IMG/VR virus record: IMGVR_UViG_3300009152_000019
Strand: one strand, 5' to 3'
DNA length: 31,535 nt
DNA from: a virus
The notes beneath the pieces are model-generated. The model was not told where the DNA came from, did no database searches, and worked only from the letters and a program-made list of their open reading frames with translations. The position numbers were made by a program, and so were the translations under genes. This document shows positions 7,573-13,486 of this stretch, in pieces; position 1 is the stretch's first letter; the number at the start of each line of letters is the position of its first letter.

Positions 7573-7654
7573 AAAGTGCAGTATAGTACACTTGTGAAGG
7601 AGAAAAACACTTAATAAACGTAATAAACACTTAAAAGTGCCGTATAGTACACTT
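7573..7654. promoter_or_regulatory. Operator-like repeat array.
   Basis: Two 21-bp copies, AAAGTGC(A/C)GTATAGTACACTT at 7573..7593 and 7634..7654, match at 20 of 21 positions. Each is internally palindromic (AAGTG-N10-CACTT). Two AAACACTTAA half-site repeats lie between them at 7605..7614 and 7625..7634. Confidence 0.6.
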
Positions 7655-7816
7655 TTAGCAGTATTAAATCCATCTATAGTGGAAAATTTTTGTCTTAATT
7701 AAACGTTATAATTAACATTTTGTAAGTTTATATCGTTAATTAAGTATTTTTCTCCATCTTGAAAGCCTTGTAAACATTGACATCTTAAAAATAAATGAAA
7801 ATATTTGTTAATAAAG

Positions 7817-7847
7817 TTTGTATTTGTAAACAATCGTTGTATATTTG
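7817..7847 (+). promoter_or_regulatory. Early promoter with -33 TTTG (7817..7820) and -7 TATATTTG (7840..7847).
   Basis: It matches the bipartite Bacteroidetes sigma-A consensus TTTG-N19-TAnnTTTG and lies 30 nt upstream of the first early gene. Confidence 0.6.
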
Positions 7848-7877
7848 CATATATCAATTAACTAAAAATAAAACAAA

Positions 7878-8114
7878 ATGAAAAACATTAAACAACTTTC
7901 AAAGCTAACTAATCAAGCAATCGACTTATTAGATTTAGCAGAACAATCAAATCAAAAGTACGATTCAATGTGCAGGTATAATGTAGAAATTGCTGCACCT
8001 AATGGATTCAAGCCAAAATCAGATTTAGTAATCGAGTTTCAAATGGTTGTTACCAAGAGAATTATGGCTAGTTATTTCAGAGTTATTAACGAGATTAAAG
8101 CATTTGAGTTATGA
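7878..8114 (+). CDS. Hypothetical early protein.
   Basis: It is the first ORF after the early promoter, and its stop overlaps the next ATG (ATGA). Confidence 0.65.
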   Translation: MKNIKQLSKLTNQAIDLLDLAEQSNQKYDSMCRYNVEIAAPNGFKPKSDLVIEFQMVVTKRIMASYFRVINEIKAFEL

Positions 8115-8251
8115 ACGATACAATCAAAGAACTAGAAGAAATCAAAGCCTATTACATTCAAGAAGGCGATTGGGATTCAGCGAATCAAATTACACTAGCA
8201 ATAGATGTTGCAGAAAATTATTATTTTACAATTAAACAACAAACAAGATGA
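8111..8251 (+). CDS. Small hypothetical protein, 46 aa (MNDTIKELEEIKAYYIQEGDWDSANQITLAIDVAENYYFTIKQQTR).
   Basis: I translated this by hand; it is below the ORF-track size cutoff. ATGA overlaps at both ends tie it into the early operon. Confidence 0.5.
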   Translation: MNDTIKELEEIKAYYIQEGDWDSANQITLAIDVAENYYFTIKQQTR

Positions 8252-8400
8252 ACGAGAGAATAAAAGAATTAGAACACCAGTTATACTTATCAGATTTCAG
8301 AATCAAAAAGTATAATCGAAACAACGAATTTGATGCTGCTGAAAGAGAAGAATACGAAAGAATGTTAATACAGAATGAACTTAAAAAACTAAAGAAATGA
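8248..8400 (+). CDS. Small hypothetical coiled-coil protein, 50 aa (MNERIKELEHQLYLSDFRIKKYNRNNEFDAAEREEYERMLIQNELKKLKK).
   Basis: I translated this by hand. ATGA overlaps link it to both neighbours, which fills a gap otherwise covered only by implausible ORFs. Confidence 0.5.
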   Translation: MNERIKELEHQLYLSDFRIKKYNRNNEFDAAEREEYERMLIQNELKKLKK

Positions 8401-8408
8401 GAGCAGAA
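8385..8408 (+). repeat. 24-bp direct repeat, copy 1 (aaaactaaagaaatgagagcagaa), at the 5' boundary of the methyltransferase gene.
   Basis: It is an exact match to 9199..9222 and contains a stop/start ATGA junction plus the codons M-R-A-E. Confidence 0.95.
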
Positions 8409-9200
8409 GAAAAAAAAGATTATAGTAATTTTATAAAAGATAATAATAATTATAAACCACAATTACACAATGATCATTTTCAAAATTATAAACGTTATAA
8501 TATTCCGAAAGCACAATTAATAATAGCAGATATACCTTATAATTTAGGTAATAATGCTTATGCTTCTAATCCAGCTTGGTATAAAGATGGTGATAACAAA
8601 AATGGTGAAAGCGAATATGCAAATAAAGAATTTTTTGATACTGATAAAGATTTTAGAATAACTGAATTTTTGCATTTTTGTTCAACAATGATGAAGCCTG
8701 AACCTAAAGAAACTGGAAAAGCACCGTGTATGATTGTGTTTTGTGCATTTGAGCAACAGTTTGAATTAATTGAAAAAGCCAAGAAATACGGTTTAAATAA
8801 GTATATTAATTTAGTATTTCGCAAAAACTTTTCGGCTCAAGTTCTTAAAGCAAATATGCGTGTAGTTGGTAATTGTGAATATGCTATTTTACTTTATAGA
8901 GATAAATTGCCAAAATTTAATAATAATGGTAAAATGGTTTTTAATTGTTTGGATTGGGTAAAAGATAAAAATATTGAAAAAGTACATCCAACACAAAAGC
9001 CAGTTAATTTATTAGAACAATTAATAGAAATTTTCACAGATAAAGGAGATGTAGTAATCGACCCTTGTGCAGGAAGTGGAAGTTCGCTTTTAGCAGCAGT
9101 TCAATGCGAAAGACAAGCATATGGATTTGAGATAAAAAAAGATTTTTTTAAATTAGCAACTGAAAAAACTTTAAAAAATATACAAAAAAAACTATTTTAA
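8397..9200 (+). CDS. DNA methyltransferase, beta-class amino-methyltransferase (N6-adenine or N4-cytosine).
   Basis: Motif IV DIPY (IADIPYNLG) is near the N-terminus. Motif I VIDPCAGSGSS is near the C-terminus. This order is typical of the N6_N4_Mtase family. Confidence 0.85.
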   Translation: MRAEEKKDYSNFIKDNNNYKPQLHNDHFQNYKRYNIPKAQLIIADIPYNLGNNAYASNPAWYKDGDNKNGESEYANKEFFDTDKDFRITEFLHFCSTMMKPEPKETGKAPCMIVFCAFEQQFELIEKAKKYGLNKYINLVFRKNFSAQVLKANMRVVGNCEYAILLYRDKLPKFNNNGKMVFNCLDWVKDKNIEKVHPTQKPVNLLEQLIEIFTDKGDVVIDPCAGSGSSLLAAVQCERQAYGFEIKKDFFKLATEKTLKNIQKKLF

Positions 9201-9222
9201 AACTAAAGAAATGAGAGCAGAA
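9199..9222 (+). repeat. 24-bp direct repeat, copy 2, at the 3' boundary of the methyltransferase gene.
   Basis: It is an exact match to 8385..8408. It begins within the methyltransferase stop codon and includes the ATG of ORF 9211. Confidence 0.95.
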
Positions 9223-9393
9223 AATTTTCAAACGTGGTTAAACAGAAATGTTAAACCAACGAAGGCAGTTAATACCTACGTTGAACCAACGAAGACAAAG
9301 ATTAGAATACAGTCTACAGTAGATGAAGGCAAAGGATTAGATTTTAATCAAAAGGCGAATCATATTTTCGGACTTATAAAACAAATGAAATGA
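9211..9393 (+). CDS. Hypothetical protein. It starts with MRAE, the same first four codons as the methyltransferase.
   Basis: The 60-aa ORF is coupled to the next gene by an ATGA overlap. Confidence 0.55.
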   Translation: MRAENFQTWLNRNVKPTKAVNTYVEPTKTKIRIQSTVDEGKGLDFNQKANHIFGLIKQMK

Positions 9394-9620
9394 CACCAAA
9401 AGACAAAGCAAATGAGTTAGCAAATAAATTTGTATTTAAATCAGTATTCGATATGACAATTGAAGAATTAATTGAATCAAGAATTAACGCCAAACAATGT
9501 GCATTAATCGCAGTTGATGAGATATTGATTGAATATAAAGTATTGATGATTGAAACGGCATTCTGTTATGACCAATTCAAATATTGGAATGAAGTTAAAC
9601 AAGAAATAGAAGCATTATGA
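9390..9620 (+). CDS. Hypothetical protein.
   Basis: The 76-aa ORF has overlapping stop/start junctions on both sides. Confidence 0.6.
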   Translation: MTPKDKANELANKFVFKSVFDMTIEELIESRINAKQCALIAVDEILIEYKVLMIETAFCYDQFKYWNEVKQEIEAL

Positions 9621-9856
9621 AACAAGAAACAAAACTACTTGGAGCAATCGGAATAATGCCAGTACTAGCAGATTTCTTAGAAGACCAAAATTTCAATCAA
9701 CAAATGAAGATGGTAGCGAATGATTTAATAGCATCAATCAGAAGATTCGACAACTACTTTATGCGAGATGCTGACATCGAATTAATCGACCAACAAGTAA
9801 ATATTCAACTAGCCTTTAGACAATGGCTTAAATCAATGGAAAATGACAGAAATTGA
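9617..9856 (+). CDS. Hypothetical protein.
   Basis: The 79-aa ORF is translationally coupled within the early operon. Confidence 0.6.
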   Translation: MKQETKLLGAIGIMPVLADFLEDQNFNQQMKMVANDLIASIRRFDNYFMRDADIELIDQQVNIQLAFRQWLKSMENDRN

Positions 9857-10211
9857 AACATATATTAACAGTAATACTGAAGTAACAGAAAGAGATATTA
9901 AAGATTACTTTAAGTTTAAATATCGTGGTGTATTCTATCAACAAATGAAGACTAATGCAGCAAAATTGCTTAGAAAAAAAGGAATAATTTACGAAGACAT
10001 TGCCAAAATAATTAATTTAAAAAATCACGATGCTGCAATACATCACATAAACACAAAGAAAGTTGATAAAGTAGCTGAAAGTATTGTATTAGCTAACTTT
10101 GATGAGTGGATTTTGAATAAACTTTATCCAATGACTGCTACTATTTATGAATATGATAGCAGAAATAAAGAAAAAATATCGACAATTAGTTATATATTAG
10201 TTAATAAATAG
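9843..10211 (+). CDS. Hypothetical protein, possibly a helix-turn-helix DNA-binding protein.
   Basis: The segment GIIYEDIAKIINLKNHDAAIHHINTKK loosely resembles the DnaA C-terminal type HTH (xxIAxxxxxxDHsTVxHaxxKi). Confidence 0.55.
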   Translation: MTEIETYINSNTEVTERDIKDYFKFKYRGVFYQQMKTNAAKLLRKKGIIYEDIAKIINLKNHDAAIHHINTKKVDKVAESIVLANFDEWILNKLYPMTATIYEYDSRNKEKISTISYILVNK

Positions 10212-10219
10212 TATATTTG
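10212..10219 (+). promoter_or_regulatory. Internal early promoter box TATATTTG (then TAAACAATC).
   Basis: It matches TAnnTTTG. The box, leader and start codon are nearly identical to the module upstream of 7878. Confidence 0.5.
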
Positions 10220-10243
10220 TAAACAATCTAAAAATAAAACAAG

Positions 10244-10825
10244 ATGAAAAACGAAACAAAAGCCTTTGACATCAAAGGAGAATTACAAGAGAAACAATCT
10301 ATTTCTTTTGAAGACGCAATTCCAAGACCAAACGGAATTTATTTCAAGCTACATTTAGCTAAACAAGAAATTGGTAAGATTAACAAATCTGCTGACAATC
10401 CATTCTTTAAATCAAAATACGCTGATTTAAACACTATTTTAGATGTAGTTGAACCGATACTACATAAGTACAATTTACTGCTATTACAGCCTATTATGAA
10501 TGGATGTGTGCATAGTGTAATAGTTGACATTGAAAGCGGTGTAGATATTAATGCTGAGATTAAACTACCTGAGTTGAATGATCCTCAAAAGTTAGGAGGA
10601 TGTATTTCTTATTTTAGACGTTACACACTTCAATCTTTGTTATCTTTATCTATGCAAGATGACGATGCAAACGATGTTACTAAACACGTTAATAAAAAAC
10701 CTACAATGCCACAAGAACGATTTGAGAAAGCAATGACTGCAATATCTGAAGGCAAAGCTAAAGTTTCAGATTTAAACCAATTTGAATTAACTGAGTTACA
10801 AAAGTCAACAATCAAATTATTATGA
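10244..10825 (+). CDS. erf: ERF-family single-strand annealing protein.
   Basis: The region LAKQEIGKINKSADNPFFKSKYADLNTILDVVEPILHKYNLLLLQP matches the conserved ERF core (npffkskYadL...v...l.khgl). Confidence 0.75.
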   Translation: MKNETKAFDIKGELQEKQSISFEDAIPRPNGIYFKLHLAKQEIGKINKSADNPFFKSKYADLNTILDVVEPILHKYNLLLLQPIMNGCVHSVIVDIESGVDINAEIKLPELNDPQKLGGCISYFRRYTLQSLLSLSMQDDDANDVTKHVNKKPTMPQERFEKAMTAISEGKAKVSDLNQFELTELQKSTIKLL

Positions 10826-11505
10826 GCGAATTACTATTTAGATGCAGTTCACTAGGAAAGTTAATGACGGAATCTCGTACAAAAAGCGAGGTTTTGTCTG
10901 AAACTGCAAAGACATACATTCAAGATGTATTCAAAGAGAAAGAATTAGGAATTTATAAAGACTTCAGTTCACGTTATACCGACAAAGGAATACAAATGGA
11001 AGATGAAGCTATCCAGTTTGCATCAGAAGTTCTTAAATGGGATTTCGTAGTAAAAAACGAAACAAGATTTAACAATGAGTGGTTAACAGGAGAGCCTGAT
11101 ATTTGTACAGATAATCTTTTAGCAGACATTAAATGCAGTTGGAACGGTAGTACATTTCCGATGTTTGATTCTGCTTTGAAAAATAAAGATTATTTTTGGC
11201 AGTTACAAGGTTATATGATGCTAACGAATCACAATAGTAGTGAGTTAGTTTATTGTTTGATGAATACACCATTTGAGATAGTGGAAGATGAAGTAAGACG
11301 TGAACATTGGAAGTTACATTTAATTGATGAAGATTTAGATGTAAGAGATGCAGTTCAGCTTTCACACAATTTCGACCAAATACCGAATGAATTAAGAGTA
11401 AAAAGATTTATTGTGCAAAAAGACGAAGAAGCACAAGCAAAGATAATTGAACGTGTCAAGGTGGCACGTCAATATTACGAACAATTAAAAACAATTTTAA
11501 GATGA
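10822..11505 (+). CDS. PD-(D/E)XK recombination exonuclease (YqaJ / lambda Exo-like).
   Basis: The motif TGEPDICTDNLLADIKCSWN gives D...D-I-K. The gene sits between the ERF and SSB-like genes and is coupled by an ATGA overlap. Confidence 0.65.
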   Translation: MSELLFRCSSLGKLMTESRTKSEVLSETAKTYIQDVFKEKELGIYKDFSSRYTDKGIQMEDEAIQFASEVLKWDFVVKNETRFNNEWLTGEPDICTDNLLADIKCSWNGSTFPMFDSALKNKDYFWQLQGYMMLTNHNSSELVYCLMNTPFEIVEDEVRREHWKLHLIDEDLDVRDAVQLSHNFDQIPNELRVKRFIVQKDEEAQAKIIERVKVARQYYEQLKTILR

Positions 11506-11801
11506 GTAGTTTAATTAATTTCAGTATCAAAAATGCACAAGGTGGTTACGATAAGTATACTATGAGTGTAAACGACAAACAAGATGACTATGGCAACAAT
11601 GCTAGTATCTTTGTTCAGCAATCAAAAGAAGACCGAGAATCAAAAGTTAAAAAGAACTTTGTAGGTAACGGTAAAGTAGCTTGGACTGACGGCAAGATTA
11701 TTAAAGCTGAATTCGTTGAAAGAGTAGAAGCAAAACCTACTGGTATGTCGATGCAGTCAACGAGTTCTAAACTATCTGAAGCAAACGATTTGCCTTTTTG
11801 A
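11502..11801 (+). CDS. Putative small ssDNA-binding protein with an SSB-type C-terminal tip.
   Basis: The 99-aa protein ends in ...SEANDLPF; bacterial SSB ends in DDDIPF. It is the last gene of the erf-exo module. Confidence 0.45.
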   Translation: MSSLINFSIKNAQGGYDKYTMSVNDKQDDYGNNASIFVQQSKEDRESKVKKNFVGNGKVAWTDGKIIKAEFVERVEAKPTGMSMQSTSSKLSEANDLPF

Positions 11802-11807
11802 TTTAAC

Positions 11808-11833
11808 GGGGTGTAAAAGCCCCTTAATTTTTT
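11808..11833 (+). terminator. Probable intrinsic terminator.
   Basis: ggggt-gtaaaa-gcccc forms the stem and is followed by ttaatttttt. Confidence 0.5.
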
Positions 11834-11837
11834 AACT

Positions 11838-12110
11838 ATGTACGATAAAGCTATATTAGAATGTTACCAGTTGCTATATTTCAATGCAACACCTTCAGCT
11901 AACTTTGATTTATTAGTTGAAAATGCAGTATTAAATGCACAAGGACAAAAAGTAATTAACTATGATTTCTATGAGATTGAAGAAGATGTGTTTAATAAAA
12001 TTATTATTGATATAATCAAAAAGCACAAAATCAAGAAAGGTTATAGAGGAATGTTTGAAAGAACTATTTTATTTGGATGCTCACCTAAATTTAAACGAAA
12101 TGTATTATAA
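11838..12110 (+). CDS. Hypothetical protein.
   Basis: A 90-aa ORF following the terminator. Confidence 0.6.
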   Translation: MYDKAILECYQLLYFNATPSANFDLLVENAVLNAQGQKVINYDFYEIEEDVFNKIIIDIIKKHKIKKGYRGMFERTILFGCSPKFKRNVL

Positions 12111-12303
12111 AGTATTTTACACACGAAACAACCAACCAGCATACTGGATTGGCAAAGCTAATTCCAAAGAAGATGCGATATTAAAAGCTGATGTATTACC
12201 AACTTTAATATACGATGTTTGGCTATTAGATGAATGGGAAGATGAATGCGATAGCAGAAGAGGAATAATTAGCAAAAAAGATTTGAATATTAAGAATATT
12301 TAG
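12100..12303 (+). CDS. Hypothetical protein (67 aa from the ATG at 12100).
   Basis: The listed ORF starts at a TTG at 12055. The ATG at 12100 overlaps the previous stop by only 11 nt, so I prefer it. Confidence 0.5.
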   Translation: MYYKVFYTRNNQPAYWIGKANSKEDAILKADVLPTLIYDVWLLDEWEDECDSRRGIISKKDLNIKNI

Positions 12304-12312
12304 TTATATTTG
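12282..12312 (+). promoter_or_regulatory. Promoter with TTTG (12282..12285), N19, then TATATTTG (12305..12312).
   Basis: It is a full bipartite Bacteroidetes-type promoter directly after the stop at 12303. Confidence 0.55.
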
Positions 12313-12322
12313 TAAAAGTTTC

Positions 12323-12408
12323 CGTCTGACAATATAGGAACTTAAGAAATTATTGCCCTTTTTAATGAAATTGAAGTCAGACGCAACGGATTTATTAAGG
12401 GCTTTTTT
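12323..12408 (+). promoter_or_regulatory. Structured 5' leader with a promoter-proximal terminator upstream of the TS-family gene.
   Basis: cgtctgac (12323..12330) is perfectly complementary to gtcagacg (12376..12383). gccctt (12355..12360) pairs with aagggc (12397..12402), with extended AT pairs, and is followed by T6 (12403..12408). The gene ATG is at 12430. Confidence 0.5.
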
Positions 12409-12429
12409 ATTTATTTAATTTTTATTATT

Positions 12430-13062
12430 ATGAACAAGTATTACAAGTTGCTGAACAAAATTTTAAAACAAGGAAAATTCCAAACAGCTAAAAAAAATGG
12501 GTCAATTTATTTAATAAACCAGACTTTAAGTTTTTCTAAAAATGAATTAGAAAAATTATTTTTAGAGCACAAAGTGGCAAAGAACAAGTTAAGTAAAGAA
12601 CTAGATTTATATATGGAGGGGGAGACTTTAATTAAAGAATATAATAATAAAGACATTTTTTGGTGGGATTATTGTGCCCCTAAGTTAATAAATTCTTATC
12701 CTACTTATTTCAAGAAGTTACCTGAGTTAATAGAAAAAATTAATTCTTTAAGGCCTTCAAAAAATTATGTACTATTTATAGGGGAAACAGGTGTAGAAAC
12801 AAATCAGTTGCCTTGCTTAAGTTTAATACAATTTCAAAATTTAGAGGGAAAAATTAACTTAACCGTATATCAACGAAGTGCAGATTGCTGTTTAGGTTTG
12901 CCTAGCGACTTATTCCAAATTTATTTAGTTAGTCAATTAATTAATATGCCTTTAAATAATATTACTTTTTTTATTGGTAATGCTCATATTTATGAAAACA
13001 ATATTGAAGAAACAAAAAAATTACTAAAAGGAGAATTATATAAATTTAATCTTAATGTATAA
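12430..13062 (+). CDS. Thymidylate synthase-family enzyme, short form. It has Asp at the pyrimidine-specificity position and is a candidate dCMP C5-modifying enzyme (hydroxymethylase or methylase).
   Basis: Conserved TS motifs are KELDLYMEG (Glu58 region), QLPC (catalytic Cys, codon 12814..12816), YQRSAD, LGLP and GNAHIY. The residue aligned with E. coli Asn177 is Asp (LGLPSD, codon 12907..12909). Confidence 0.7.
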   Translation: MNKYYKLLNKILKQGKFQTAKKNGSIYLINQTLSFSKNELEKLFLEHKVAKNKLSKELDLYMEGETLIKEYNNKDIFWWDYCAPKLINSYPTYFKKLPELIEKINSLRPSKNYVLFIGETGVETNQLPCLSLIQFQNLEGKINLTVYQRSADCCLGLPSDLFQIYLVSQLINMPLNNITFFIGNAHIYENNIEETKKLLKGELYKFNLNV

Positions 13063-13481
13063 TGAGAACGTATTTAGCGAAAATTAGAATACCTGAAGAA
13101 ATTAAACTGGAGTCTACAGGCTTTATAGGAGAAAAAATATTTGAATTATGGTTCTTGGCTACCTATCAAGGAGAGCAATTATTTAAACAAAAAGCGGATA
13201 GAGACTACCAAAAAATTGATTTTTCAGATGAGAAAGGTTTTACTTACCAAATAAAAACTACTAAAGCAAAAACATTTACGTTTAATTGCTGTTTAGAACG
13301 TATTACAGAGCACTTAAAGGCAGAAGTATACGTTTGTATTCAATTAGAAAATAAGTATGCTTATATTGAGTATTTTAAAAGTAAGCAAGAAATTATAAAT
13401 AAACTAAAAAAATCATTTGTAACAGAGAAAAGTTGTTTTTTGTACTCAAGTGATTTATTACAAAAAGAATTATTTATATAA
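13062..13481 (+). CDS. Hypothetical protein, possibly with a PD-(D/E)XK nuclease fold.
   Basis: It is coupled to the TS-family gene by a TAATG overlap. The segment GEKIFE...DYQKIDFSDEKGFTYQIKT could supply an E / D / (Q)xK motif, but the evidence is weak. Confidence 0.3.
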   Translation: MRTYLAKIRIPEEIKLESTGFIGEKIFELWFLATYQGEQLFKQKADRDYQKIDFSDEKGFTYQIKTTKAKTFTFNCCLERITEHLKAEVYVCIQLENKYAYIEYFKSKQEIINKLKKSFVTEKSCFLYSSDLLQKELFI

Positions 13482-13486
13482 ATATT

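Noticed and set aside
8410-8417. An A8 homopolymer at codons 5-7 of the methyltransferase, considered as a possible phase-variation tract.
   Set aside because: Runs of 8 A or T are common throughout this AT-rich genome (for example 221..228, 251..258 and 7559..7566). Eight is short for efficient slippage, so there is no specific evidence of phase variation.
8047-8462. Listed ORFs 8047..8235 (+) and 8232..8462 (-).
   Set aside because: They conflict with the chain of ATGA-coupled genes (7878..8114, 8111..8251, 8248..8400, 8397..9200). The minus-strand one is a poly-Ile/Phe antisense product of AT-rich coding DNA.
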